Source of the DNA: Eledone cirrhosa
Lineage: Eukaryota
Reading direction: 5' to 3'
DNA: 64,000 bases
Assembly: GCA_964016885.1 (NCBI GenBank)
Contig: OZ024752.1
Location: forward strand, 49,972,001-50,036,000
A program made the translations under genes and the position numbers. Within the stretch, counting starts at the first letter, position 1, and each line of letters begins with the position of its first letter. This document shows, piece after piece, positions 13,201-25,405 of this stretch. A model generated the notes under the pieces. That model was not told the origin of the DNA and ran no database searches. It was given only the letters and a program-made list of their open reading frames with translations.

Positions 13201-15623
13201 GTGTACAGTTAATGTACACTGTTAATGTGTACAGTTAATGTACACTGTTAATGTGTACAGTTAATGTACACTGTTAATGTGTACAGTTAATGTACACTGT
13301 TAATGTGTACAGTTAATGTACACTGTTAATGTGCACAGTTAATGTACACTGTTAATGTGTACAGTTAATGTTCACTGTTAATGTGTACAGTTAATGTGTA
13401 CAGTTAATGTACACTGTTAATGTGTACAGTTAATGTACACTGTTAATGTGTACAGTTAATGTACACTGTTAATGTGTACAGTTAATGTACACTGTTAATG
13501 TGCACAGTTAATGTACACTGTTAATGTGTACAGTTAATGTTCACTGTTAATGTGTACAGTTAATGTGTACAGTTAATGTACACTGTTAATGTGTACAGTT
13601 AATGTACACTGTTAATGTACACTGTTAATGTGTACAGTTAATGTGTACTGTTAATGTACACTGTTAATGTGTACAGTTAATGTACACTGTTAATGTGTAC
13701 AGTTAATGTGTACAGTTAATGTACACTGTTAATGTGTACAGCTAATGTGTACAGTTAATGTACACTGTTAATGTGTACAGTTAATGTACACTGTTAATGT
13801 GTACAGTTAATGTACACTGTTAATGTGTACAGTTAATGTACACTGTTAATGTGTACAGTTAATGTACACTGTTAATGTGTACACTTAATGTACACTGTTA
13901 ATGTGTACAGTTAATGTACACTGTTAATGTGTACAGTTAATGTACACTGTTAATGTGTACAGTTAATGTACACTGTTAATGTGTACAGTTAATGTGCACA
14001 GTTAATGTGTACAGTTAATGTACACTGTTAATGTGTACAGTTAATGTACACTGTTAATGTGTACAGTTAATGTGTACAGTTAATGTGTACAGTTAACGTG
14101 CACAGTTAATGTGTACAGTTAATGTGTACAGTTAACGTGCACAGTTAATGTGTACAGTTAATGTACACTGTTAATGTGTACACTTAATGTACACTGTTAA
14201 TGTGTACAGTTAATGTACACTGTTAATGTGTACAGTTAATGTACACTGTTAATGTGTACAGTTAATGTACACTGTTAATGTGTACAGTTAATGTACACTG
14301 TTAATGTGTACAGTTAATGTGTACAGTTAATGTACACTGTTAATGTGTACAGTTAATGTGTACAGTTAATGTACACTGTTAATGTGTACACTTAATGTAC
14401 ACTGTTAATGTGTACAGTTAATGTACACTGTTAATGTGTACAGTTAATGTACACTGTTAATGTGTACAGTTAATGTACACTGTTAATGTGTACAGTTAAT
14501 GTACACTGTTAATGTGTACAGTTAATGTGTACAGTTAATGTACACTGTTAATGTGTACAGTTAATGTGTACAGTTAATGTACACTGTTAATGTGTACAGT
14601 TAATGTACACTGTTAATGTGTACAGTTAATGTACACTGTTAATGTGTACAGTTAATGTACACTGTTAATGTGTACAGTTAATGTGTACAGTTAATGTACA
14701 CTGTTAATGTGTACAGTTAATGTGTACAGTTAATGTACACTGTTAATGTGTACACTTAATGTACACTGTTAATGTGTACAGTTAATGTACACTGTTAATG
14801 TGTACAGTTAATGTACACTGTTAATGTGTACAGTTAATGTACACTGTTAATGTGTACAGTTAATGTGTACAGTTAATGTACACTGTTAATGTGTACAGTT
14901 AATGTGTACAGTTAATGTACACTGTTAATGTGTACACTTAATGTACACTGTTAATGTGTACAGTTAATGTACACTGTTAATGTGTACAGTTAATGTACAC
15001 TGTTAATGTGTACAGTTAATGTACACTGTTAATGTGTACAGTTAATGTACACTGTTAATGTGTACAGTTAATGTACACTGTTAATGTGTACAGTTAATGT
15101 ACACTGTTAATGTGTACAGTTAATGTACACTGTTAATGTGTACAGTTAATGTACACTGTTAATGTGTACAGTTAATGTACACTGTTAATGTGTACACTTA
15201 ATGTACACTGTTAATGTGTACAGTTAATGTACACTGTTAATGTGTACAGTTAATGTACACTGTTAATGTGTACAGTTAATGTACACTGTTAATGTGTACA
15301 GTTAATGTACACTGTTAATGTGTACAGTTAATGTACACTGTTAATGTGTACAGTTAATGTACACTGTTAATGTGTACACTTAATGTACACTGTTAATGTG
15401 TACAGTTAATGTACACTGTTAATGTGTACAGTTAATGTACACTGTTAATGTGTACAGTTAATGTACACTGTTAATGTGTACAGTTAATGTACACTGTTAA
15501 TGTGTACAGTTAATGTACACTGTTAATGTGTACAGTTAATGTACACTGTTAATGTGTACACTTAATGTACACTGTTAATGTGTACAGTTAATGTGTACAG
15601 TTAATGTGTACAGTTAATGTACA
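7252..15623 (+). repeat. Satellite array of 644 13-bp monomers (A=GTTAATGTGTACA, B=GTTAATGTACACT), mostly as a 26-bp AB dimer
   Basis: Monomer starts at 7254 and 15613 differ by 643x13, so phase is conserved end to end. Rare variants: GCTAAT, GTGCAC, GTTCAC, GTGTACT, CACTTAAT. Confidence 0.98.
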
Positions 15624-15757
15624 TGAATGATAAAGCATGGATGAGCTGAGAGAAATGCTGGGTATACAAAGAATCAGATGTAGCATGCAGAGTAGAGAAA
15701 AAGGAGAGGAGACTGCTCTGGTATGGACATGTGATGCATATGGATGGTGGTTGTTGG

Positions 15758-16049
15758 TAAGGGCCTTGTTTCAGCGGGGTACCAGGGGATAAGCCCCCCC
15801 ACACACACACACACACACACTTTTTCAAACATCTATGTTTTAATTTTTGTTTATTTTATATAATAAATTCTTTTTAAGCTTATTTTTTTATATCTGAACT
15901 TCATTAGAATATATAAAATTTAATTAGCATAAAATCTTACTTGTGTTAGGGTCTGGGGAAGGCATCATAAGCAATACTAACATGCTCCTTTAAGGACCAA
16001 CAAATGTTGGTTTGTACCCCTCACATTTTAAAGACAAACAAGGCCCCTG
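15758..16049. mobile_element. hAT-type MITE inserted in the RTE relic
   Basis: Imperfect TIRs TAAGGGCCTTGTTT / AAACAAGGCCCCTG; 8-bp TSD GTTGTTGG at 15750-15757 and 16050-16057. Confidence 0.75.
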
Positions 16050-16247
16050 GTTGTTGGGTTAAAAGATGCCAAGAAACCCCAGTAGAAGGAAGCTGTAGTT
16101 GAGGGAAACCGAGGAAGACTGTGAAATGTGATCTCAAATTGCTGAAGTTGAGAGAGGAGATGACAAAGGACCGCAGTGAATGGAGAGATGCTGTCTTGGC
16201 AAAGACACATCCAACCCAAGTAAGCATGGAAAGGCAGACGTAAAACA

Positions 16248-16251
16248 GTGG

Positions 16252-16289
<38 letters not shown>

Positions 16290-16508
16290 GTGATGGTGGT
16301 GATGACGATGATGATGATGGTGATGACAACGATGATGATGATGATGGTGGTGATGGTGGTGATGATGGTGATGATGGTCGTGATGGTGGTGATGATGGTG
16401 ATGATGATGGTGGTGATGATCGTGGTGATGATGATAATGATGATGATGATGGTGATGATGGTAGTGATGACGATGATGATGATGATGGTGACAGCAACAA
16501 TGACACCA

Positions 16509-16559
<51 letters not shown>

Positions 16560-16620
16560 GCGATGGTGATGATGATGGTGATGATGATGATGATAGCAAT
16601 GACAACAATGATGATGATGT
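16248..16620 (+). repeat. Expanded (GAT)n/(GGT)n tail of the RTE relic
   Basis: Directly follows the RTE 3' terminal motif. Confidence 0.85.
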
Positions 16621-17108
16621 ATGTATGTATATTATGAAACAGAACACTGTTGCAACTCAAGAAACTAACATCTGGCAATTATCAAACATAGAATTATTGG
16701 ATAAGCTAGAAGAAGTCAATTCCCTTTGAATAGATCAATAATGGCTATACATTAAATTAATCTATTGATTATGTAACTTATGTAGTCATTTTCTTAAATT
16801 CCATTTAGAACCTCATATAATTTCAATTGATATATGCAAAATGAAGTCTAAGTGTTTCTTTTAATGCTTCTATTTATATTTAACAGTCTTTTATAAAATG
16901 TTTAAGCACCACTAAAATCAAAGTTTTTCAAAGACACAGAATTAAAAATAGAAGACTTCAAGATGAATATAAAAATCTTTAAAGTATTTTTATATATAAT
17001 TAATTAGCACTATTTGGCCAGTACTTCAAAAAACAAAAATGTCTCTGAACTTAGAATATTTTACTTTATTGGTCTATGATAGTGGTGTGATGGTTAAAAG
17101 TGAGTTAA

Positions 17109-17190
17109 CCCTTTAGCATTTAAACTAGTCATATCTGGCCAGAATTCTCTCACCTCTTTCTGTTAAAACCGGTCATAAATGGTCCCTTTT
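17109..17190 (+). mobile_element. Left end of a TTAA (piggyBac-like) MITE, same family as 34879-35582
   Basis: TTAA|CCCTTTAGCATTTAAACTAGTCATATCTGGCCAGAATTCTCTCACCTCTTTCTGTT contains one copy of the 44-bp unit. Confidence 0.75.
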
Positions 17191-17744
17191 ACCACACTAG
17201 CATGGAAAATGGACATTAAACGATGATGATGATGATGATGATACATATATATATGATCGCTATATATATATATATATATTGTATACATATATATATATAT
17301 ATATATATATAGTATATTGTTTATATAGAGATATTTTTAGCTTAGTCAAGACCATTAATTATAAAAGATATTTCTAATTTATCTTTCTGCTAAATTGGCA
17401 GCAAATAATTTAAACTGGAATTGCAGTTTCTTGATTTATATTTATTAGTAAAAGAAAAAAAAACAAGAAAAAAAAACATACAGATAAAAATGAAAAAAAA
17501 ATGTTTTCCTTTTTGTTTTTTTTTATTTAATAACTGATCTTCAAAATTCAAATAGTTTATGTTGCTGCTGTCAAAATTTGGCACCACTTCATCACTCAGT
17601 TTGGATTTGTATGTTAATAAATGTTTAATATAATAATAGAGAACATCTGATGAGGATGTTGACTAACTACAATAACATTTCAATATCTTACACACACTTC
17701 TTCATTGAATGTAAATATTGAACACCAAACAATTTAATCATCAT

Positions 17745-17795
<51 letters not shown>

Positions 17796-17952
17796 ATAAT
17801 AAATGTAAAGACTAAAATCCGAAAATAAGAATTATATGTATATATATATATATATATATACGTTATTCCGGGTTGAATCGGAGGTAACCACAGTAAGTAA
17901 GGTACTCAATACATAGCAGAGTATAACAGTTTTAATATAGATGAGATTCTAC

Positions 17953-17989
17953 AGGACTAGAACTGTTTCATTCATTAGAAATCATCAGG
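17953..17989 (-). ncRNA. Minimal hammerhead-ribozyme-like core (Penelope-type), 5' strand of stem I missing
   Basis: Minus strand reads CTGATGA-TTTC-TAAT-GAAT-GAAAC-AGTTCTA-GTC. Confidence 0.45.
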
Positions 17990-17998
17990 AAAAAATGT

Positions 17999-18032
<34 letters not shown>

Positions 18033-18089
18033 ACATTTTTTCCAATTCTAACCTGCCTGCCCCCTCAATCTATCTTATTTCTCATTCTT

Positions 18090-18126
18090 TCTTCTGATGA
18101 AGGACTAACGTCCAAAACGTTAAGAC
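18090..18126 (+). ncRNA. Minimal hammerhead-ribozyme-like motif (Penelope-type) with G12>A substitution
   Basis: TCTT-CTGATGA-AGGAC-TAAC-GTCC-aAAAC-GTT-AAGA; stem I TCTT/AAGA, palindromic AACGTT in place of stem III. Confidence 0.5.
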
Positions 18127-18206
18127 CCTCTTCTTGCTATATCAAGCGTTAACCTAATATATCCCTTCCATATACTGTACCGATTGTCTTATTTTTGTTT
18201 ACCTTT

Positions 18207-18251
<45 letters not shown>

Positions 18252-18253
<2 letters not shown>

Positions 18254-18435
18254 CGAAGGAAATGTGGTAAGGAACCAGGTGGACCATAACGCACCAAAGT
18301 ACTCAATACTTGAGGTAGTAGAGTGGGTAATAGGAACCAGTAAGACCCCGACAGCTGAGCTCAAGCCGTTTCGACGGCTAATTCTGAATTAGCCGTCGAA
18401 ACGGCTTGAGCTCAGCTGTCTGGGTCTTACTGTTT

Positions 18436-18440
<5 letters not shown>
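18252..18440. mobile_element. Family A fold-back fragment in (TA)n with ~55-bp near-perfect inverted arms
   Basis: TAGGAACCAGTAAGACCC..CGGCTAATTC-T-GAATTAGCCG..GGGTCTTACTGTTTCCTA. Confidence 0.65.
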
Positions 18441-18474
<34 letters not shown>

Positions 18475-18482
18475 TATATATA

Positions 18483-18512
18483 CTAGCAGAATGACCCGGC
18501 ATTGCTCGGGAT
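18483..18512 (-). mobile_element. Helitron-type 3' terminus
   Basis: Minus strand reads CCCGAGCAATGCCGGG hairpin, 8 nt, CTAG, then T of a (TA)n tract. This is the canonical Helitron hairpin + CTRR end. The 5' end was not identified. Confidence 0.6.
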
Positions 18513-18695
18513 TCTAAACATGGATTGGCATGTTTATCCCTCCTTTCTGAAACAGTACAAAGAAGTACGGAATACCTCAGCCTCAGGATGGTGTCTACAT
18601 TTTGTGCATACAATGCTAAAGGGTTAAGGTGTTAATTTCCCTGCAAAAATGAACTTTGTATATATACGAGGACATATCATATACAAGGCATATGT

Positions 18696-18864
18696 GAAGG
18701 TGCATGGCTTAGTGGTTAGAGCATTGGGCTTGCAATCGAAAGGTTGTGAGTTCAATTCTCGGACCGGGTGATGTGTTGTTTCCTTGAGCAAGACACTTTA
18801 TTTCACGTTGTTCCAGTTTACTCAGCTGTAGAAATTAGATGATAGGACTGGGGTCCCTATCATT
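18696..18864 (+). mobile_element. tRNA-headed SINE, 3'-truncated (family of 24792-25131)
   Basis: A box TGGCTTAGTGG, B box GAGTTCAATTC, core CCTTGAGCAAGACACTTTATTTCAC. Confidence 0.8.
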
Positions 18865-19429
18865 AAATCACCCAAGACACCTCCAACGAGATATACCTTG
18901 GAGGAGGCCAGCTAAACCTGCATAGGTGTGAGCTGTCACACACATATCAACTACAAAGACTTTTATCTTGATAATTTTTTTGATGTGTTATGGTTAAATA
19001 CCGCTGGTGGTCATTTTTTCTTCCAGTAGTAACAAATAAGAAATTAATAACAAATCAAGCATTCTAATAACTAATGAATATTATAGTTAAAATAGAAAGG
19101 AATTCCATCTTGGTTGCATTATCTGAAAGAATGTTAGAATAAATCACTACTTGACGAATAAAATAAAATAAAATAAAATAGTAATTATTTAAATAAATGC
19201 ATACTTAATTCAAAAGAACAAATTAACAAGATTTGTCACTTTCAAAATCACTCTATCACTCTATCTTCTAAACACACACACACACAACAAAAAGAAACAA
19301 TGACAGCATTCTTTTTTCTCAACTAAAAGATCAGAAAATAACGGCCAGCCACAATATGTCATTAATAAAACAGTTCTCCACACCCTTTATCAACAGCACA
19401 TACAAACATACAAACATAAATACACATTC

Positions 19430-19487
<58 letters not shown>

Positions 19488-19517
19488 ATATATAATATAT
19501 ATATATATATGTTTATA

Positions 19518-19567
<50 letters not shown>

Positions 19568-19999
19568 CATACACACACACATATGTATGTGCATGTATAT
19601 ATATATATATATATATATTCACACAAACACACACACAAATAAACATATGTATGTGTGCATATATATAGATATATATATGTGTGTGCATGCACATATGTAT
19701 ACACACACATATATACATGTGTGTGTTGGCATGTATGTACATATATTTTATCATCTTGTAACACTCTTCTGACTGCAAGAAATCACTTTGCATCTAATTA
19801 CTTTGGAAGTCAAATGAGTTTGTCACTATATTTAGTTCATTTGTCTTGCTCATTTTCAATTTGTATCTTTCTAGCTGTGTAAGGGGGGGGGGGGGAGAGG
19901 AAGAGGCGGTGGAGCACTCTTCAGCACCACAGTCAACTAATCACAGTAACAGCACTTGAAACATAATCTCATCTCTGGACATGTATACAAAATGTTTAA

Positions 20000-20736
20000 C
20001 CCTTTAGCAAATACATTACTCTATATATACTTTTAGATTTTCACAGTAAAGATTTTATTTCACATAATATCTCACATAACATTTACATTACTCTATATAT
20101 ACTATTGTATTTTCATGTTAAAGGCTTTACCACACATAATATCTCACATAACATTTACATTACTCTATATATACTATTGTATTGTCACAGTAAAGGCTTT
20201 ATTTCACATAATATCTCACATAACATTTACATTACTCTATATTTACTATTGTATTTTCATGGTAAAGGCTTTACCTCACATAATATCTCACATAACATTT
20301 ACATTACTCTATATATACTATAGTATTTTCATGTTAAAGGCTTTACCTCACATAATATCTCACATAACATTTACATTACTCTATATATACTATTGTATTT
20401 TCACAGTAAAGGCCTTACCTCACATAATATCTCACATAACATTTACATTACTCTATATATACTATTGTATTTTCACAGTAAAGGCTTTACCTCACATAAT
20501 ATCTCACATAACATTTATATTACTCTATATATACTATTGTATTGTCACAGTAAAGGCTTTATTTCACATAATATCTCACATAACATTTACATTACTCTAT
20601 ATATACTATTGTATTTTCATGTTAAAGGCTTTACCTCACATAATATCTCACATAACATTTACATTACTCTATATATACTATTGTATTTTCATGGTAAAGG
20701 CTTTACCTCACATAATATCTCACATAACATTTACAT
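20000..20736 (-). repeat. ~10 x 72-bp tandem array grown from the right subterminal region of the TTAA MITE family
   Basis: Begins TTAA|CCCTTTAGCA; the unit is the reverse complement of ~35500-35572 in the intact MITE. Confidence 0.9.
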
Positions 20737-20890
20737 GACGGCCCTTTCTGTTCTGAGTTCAAATCCCACCGAGGTTAACTTTGCTTTTCATCCTTACGGG
20801 GGTCGATAAAATTTAGTACCAGTAATGCACTAGGGTCGATTTAATCTACTTTCCCTGCCCTCAAAATTGCTAGCCTTGTGTCTATATTTA
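20737..20890 (+). mobile_element. SINE with core CCTTTCATCCTTACGGGGTCGATAAAA (Meta-domain-like); many copies in the window
   Basis: B box GAGTTCAAATCCC, conserved core, (ATT)n tail. Other copies at ~28390, 36805, 39100, 46985, 52440-52740, 54660, 60005 and 60210. Confidence 0.8.
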
Positions 20891-20904
20891 TTATTATTAT
20901 TATT

Positions 20905-21207
20905 CTTTGAGTCTCAGTCATTAACGTTATTTAACTGGAAAGTTTGTTGGAATGAATATCAAGTCGCTACCTGCAGCCTCAGATATTCAGGACGTATCAG
21001 AGGGTTGTTGCTGTTCCCAGCAAGCATGCCTTATGAAGTGTTCCAAAAAGCAGGGCTGGACTAATATTTTTTAACCATCCTTGGAAACTCCTTGAGATAG
21101 TACCTAGTGCTCCTATGACAATTGGGACGACCTTGATTTGATGACAGTCCCAAATCCTTTTTACCTCCCACTTTAAATCCCGGTATCAGTTAATTTTCTC
21201 CCTCTCC
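20905..21207 (-). mobile_element. 5'-truncated R4/Dong-clade non-LTR retrotransposon 3' end in (TAA)n
   Basis: Minus strand translates EREKIN*YRDLKWEVKRIWDCHQIKVVPIVIGALGTISRSFQGWLKNISPALLFGTLHKACLLGTATTL*YVLNI*, the REL-type C-terminus. (ATT)n flanks both sides. Confidence 0.8.
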
Positions 21208-23374
21208 TATTATTATTATTATTATTATTATCATCAAGGGCGGTGGAGTAATACACTGGGGAAATTGCTGGCCTTGTGCCAAAAGTAGAAACAATCATTA
21301 TCTTCATTATCATTATTAACCTCAACTGAAACATTATAATTAATTCCCCTTTACTACTTGATCTACCTTAAATGTCCATCCAGAAGCATGTGACCTAAAG
21401 CCTTCCTGTCACGTGACCTCAAACCTGACTGTCATGTGACCTGAAACCTGTCTGTCATTATCCATTACTGCTGCCCTGCAGGTAGATTTCAATTAGATGT
21501 AAAATAACTATAGCTTCTTTTACTATTTTTATTAATTATTTATTTCGTTGTTAAATAATTTGCAGTAAGTTATACGATAAACTAATTAAATATCTGCTGT
21601 CATCTAGTGAAAAGCATGGCTGAATTTGAAAGAAACTAAAAGAATGATCTGCGAAAAGGGAAAAAAACGTCCGAAAAACACAGAGAAGAATGAAATAATA
21701 AAAGATTGAGAATGAATGACAGAACATAAATCAAAATTGTTGAATGAAAAGTCTTATTTTGTAGATGGAACAAAAATATCTCCACTAATAACTGAACTTT
21801 ACATTGATTAATATACAGTGCAGCAATTAGTGCAAGAAATTATTCATATAGTATGGTGGTGGGTGGTTGGTTGGTTGGCATTTTTTTTTTTACATGTTTC
21901 TACACATGTATGTGTGTATATATATGTGTGTGTATATATATGTGTGTGTATATATATGTGTATGTATGTGTATTAGTATGGTGGTGGGTGGGTGGTTGGT
22001 TGGCATTTTTTTTTTACATGTTTCTACACATGTATGTGTGTATATATATATATGTGTGTGTATATATGTGTGTGTATATATATGTGTATGTATGTGTATG
22101 TGTATGTATATATATATGTGTGTGTGTGTATATATGTGTGTGTATATATATGTGTGTGTATATATATGTGTATGTATGTGTATGTGTATGTGTGTGTGTA
22201 TATATATGTGTATATATATGTGTGTATATATGTGTATGTGTGTATATATATGTGTATGTATATATATGTGTATGTGTATGTATATATATATATGTGTGTG
22301 TATATATGTGTGTGTATATATATGTGTGTGTATATATGTGTGTGTATATATGTGTATGTGTGTATATATATGTGTATGTGTGTATATATATGTGTATGTA
22401 TATATATGTGTATATGTGTATGTATATATGTGTGTGTATATATATGTGTGTGTATATATGTGTATGTGTGTATATATATATGTGTATGTATATATATGTG
22501 TGTATATATATATATGTGTGTATGTATGTGTGTGTGTGTATATGTCTGTGTTTATGTTTTTTGGCGTACATATTTCTTTGTGTGTCTGTGTGTGTATATA
22601 TATGTGTATGTGTGTGTATATATATGTGGTTGTGTGTGTGTCTCTCTCTGTGTTTGCGTGTGTCTATGTTTTTTTGTGTTTGCACATATTTGTTTGTGTG
22701 TGTGAGTGTGTGTGTATTTTTGTGTGTGTTTTTATAAATGTGTGTGTGTGTGTGCGTGTGTGTGTCTGTCTATTTTTTGTGTGTTTATACATATTTATGT
22801 GTGTACATATTTGTTTATGTTTGTGTGTTTGTACATATATGTGTGTGTATATGTATATGTAATTGTACAAATGTGTGTGCGTGTGTGTGTCTGTCTATTT
22901 TTTTGTGTGTTTATACATATTTATATGTGTGTACATATTTGTGTATGTTTGTGTATGTTTGTGTGTGTTGTACATATATGTGTGTATGTATGTTTATGTA
23001 TAGGTAATTGTACACGTGTTTGTGTATTTGCACATACATGAGTGTGTGTGTATGTGAATGTGTTTGTATTTGTTCACACATGCATGTTTGAGAGTTATTG
23101 GTCCTTTCTAAGTTCATAGCAAAAAAAATAAAAAAAGAATTTACAAATAAAAATTAAAAATCAAGGGAAAATTTAATACGAAATTTTAATGAAAAATAAG
23201 CTGTAATTTCTTCTATTATTGAAATATTTGAAATATATTTTTTATCAAGAATATCCATTTTCTAGTATGGCAGGTCACATATGTATCTCTATAAATCAGT
23301 TACATACATTAGTGTGTTGTTTTTATTGATATACATATGCAAACATGCATAAAATCTCTCTACCACTCTCTCCC

Positions 23375-23446
<72 letters not shown>

Positions 23447-23514
23447 TCTATCTATCTATCTGACGAACATGAGAGTACACAGAAGAAACTCCAGAGTAAA
23501 AGGATTCAATATTG

Positions 23515-24040
23515 GCCCATTGGTGGATGGGTGCTACACGAGAATGCTGAGGATCGCTCTGAATGATCAGTATTCACTGAGGATGAAAAACTCAGAGCTG
23601 TACGGGAGCCTCCCAAAAGTCAGCTCAAAAGTGACACAGAGGAGACTGAGGTTGGCTGGACATGCTCACCGACATCCAGAGTTGACACTGCACTCAGTGC
23701 TTCTGTGGGAGCCCTCTACACAGAGACACTAGAAGAGGGAGACCGAGGATATATATATATATATATATATACAGAGCTCCAAAGTGACACAGAGGAGACT
23801 GAGGTTAGCTGGACATGTTCACCGACATCCAGAGTTGACACTGCACTCAGTGCTCCTGTGGGAGCCCCTGCATGGACACACTGGAAGATGAAGACCAAGT
23901 TTGACATATGTTGATGCCCTAAGGACAGACACTGGTCTCTTGGAGACGCAGGACATGGCAGCGATGATGAGGGACAGAGACCGCTGGAGAGAACTCATCC
24001 ATGGATCCCGGGAATTTTACCTGCCCTAGATAGATAGATA
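23515..24040 (+). mobile_element. Second RTE-like LINE family, 3' fragment with internal duplication and (TAGA)n tail
   Basis: DGCYTRMLRIALN..NSELYGSLPKVSSKVTQRRLRLAGHAHRHPELTLHSVLLWEP; ~90-bp segment repeated after a (TA)n insert; then TYVDALRTDTGL..MRDRDRWRELI..LP*. Confidence 0.8.
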
Positions 24041-24208
24041 TATATACACATACATATACTTATAATTATGCATGTACACAAGGATATTGGGAAAACAAGT
24101 TTTTTTTTTTCAAAAGTCATTTAAAAATGAAATGGCTTGCATTATATATATATATAAAGTACCAGTAATGCACTGGGTATTTACTGGCCTTGTGCCTAAA
24201 GTAGAAAC

Positions 24209-24264
<56 letters not shown>

Positions 24265-24791
24265 TGAAAATATATACATATATACACAAGTATAGACATA
24301 TATATGGGCTAGCCCAACAAATACGAATTTAGCTCGATACAGGAGTTAATAAAAATCAATTATTCAGAGTCTAATACAATTAACTTATATATATATATAA
24401 ATATACAATATATTAACAAATGGAAACTATATTTATTTATAAAACCATATTTATTCTATTATACATATATCAAGGGCCACTAAGGCAAATTATGGTGCGT
24501 TTTCTTCAGATAAAATACAATACAGATTAGTTTTATAAATAAATATTGACATACCCTGAAAAATATAAATATAACCTCTGCATATATATATATATTGCAA
24601 ACTTGACTGTCACCACAGAATATGAACCTGAAGATTGCGAAAGCATGAAAGTACTTGTTCAATTAACACTTAACATCTAATATTCTACCAAACTATTTCA
24701 TTCTAATACCATTATAATTTTAAAGGATTGTAAATAAAATGAGTAAATCAGACAAAGTTGGAATTCCTTTTATTAATATATATATATATAT

Positions 24792-25131
24792 GGAGGCACA
24801 TGGCTTAGTGGTTAGAGCATTGGCCTTACAATCGAAAGGTTGTGAGTTCAATTCTCAGACCGGGTGATGTGTTGTTTCCTTGAGCAAGACACTTTATTTC
24901 ACATTGCTCCAGTTTACTCAGCTGTAGAAATGAGATGATAGGGACTGGGGTCCCTATCATTCCACTGCAAAGTGGTCGTGCAGGTGCCACGACAAAAAAG
25001 CACCCAGCACTCACTGTAAATGAGGTTGGTGTTAGGAAGGGCATCCCGCTGTAGAAATCAAGCCAGAATCAGTTCCCGTCCCACCCTTGCAAGCAGGGAA
25101 AAGTGGACGTAAAATGAAATGATGATGATGA
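24792..25131 (+). mobile_element. Full-length tRNA-derived SINE with RTE-derived 3' tail
   Basis: A box at 24801, B box at 24844. The 3' half (CACTGTAAATGAGGTTGGTGTTAGGAAGGGCATCC..GGACGTAAAA..(GAT)n) matches the LINE 3' UTR at ~3580-3833. Confidence 0.88.
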
Positions 25132-25195
25132 TATATATATCGTTTCTGAATTTGTTTAGCAAGATTTATTGGCAACATGACCCTCCCAAAGTATG

Positions 25196-25237
<42 letters not shown>

Positions 25238-25240
<3 letters not shown>

Positions 25241-25405
25241 GTTTTCTATTTTTAGGCACAAGGCCAGCAATTACCCAGTACATTACTGGTACTTTATTTT
25301 ATCGACCCCGTAAGGATGAAAGGCAAAGTTAACCTCAAATCCGGTCAAGATTAACTTTTCCTTTCATCCTTACGGGGTCGATAAAATAAAGTACCAGTAA
25401 TACAT
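25238..25405. mobile_element. Head-to-head (inverted) duplication of the SINE core
   Basis: ATTACTGGTACTTTATTTTATCGACCCCGTAAGGATGAAAGG..CCTTTCATCCTTACGGGGTCGATAAAATAAAGTACCAGTAAT. Confidence 0.8.

Larger units (their letters stand above)
7072..16270 (+). pseudogene. Degenerate RTE LINE 3' relic interrupted by an 8.4-kb satellite and a MITE
   Basis: Left flank translates [47 protein letters not shown]. Right flank translates MCTVNVHE**SMDELREMLGIQRIRCSMQ..ERRLLWYGHVMHMD. After the MITE: CWVKRCQETPVEGSCS*GKPRKT..DRSEWRDAVLAKT, then the RTE tail AGCATGGAAAGGCAGACGTAAAAC..(GAT)n. Collinear with the C-terminus of the 270-3440 ORF. Confidence 0.88.

Noticed and set aside
7252-15623. Satellite as a CRISPR array or coding repeat
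   Set aside because: No unique spacers, no cas genes, eukaryotic context, and TAA stops recur in every frame.
20115-20738. 207-aa ORF with 24-aa repeats
   Set aside because: Product of the 72-bp MITE-derived array.
21853-22870. Long YI/VC/HT-rich ORFs here and at 26.8, 29.6, 37.7, 40, 49 and 56 kb
   Set aside because: Dinucleotide and tetranucleotide repeats lacking stop codons; open in several frames on both strands.
24792-24870. tRNA gene (also 18696 and 39200-39292)
   Set aside because: A and B boxes are present but there is no complete cloverleaf, and the sequence continues into SINE body and tail.
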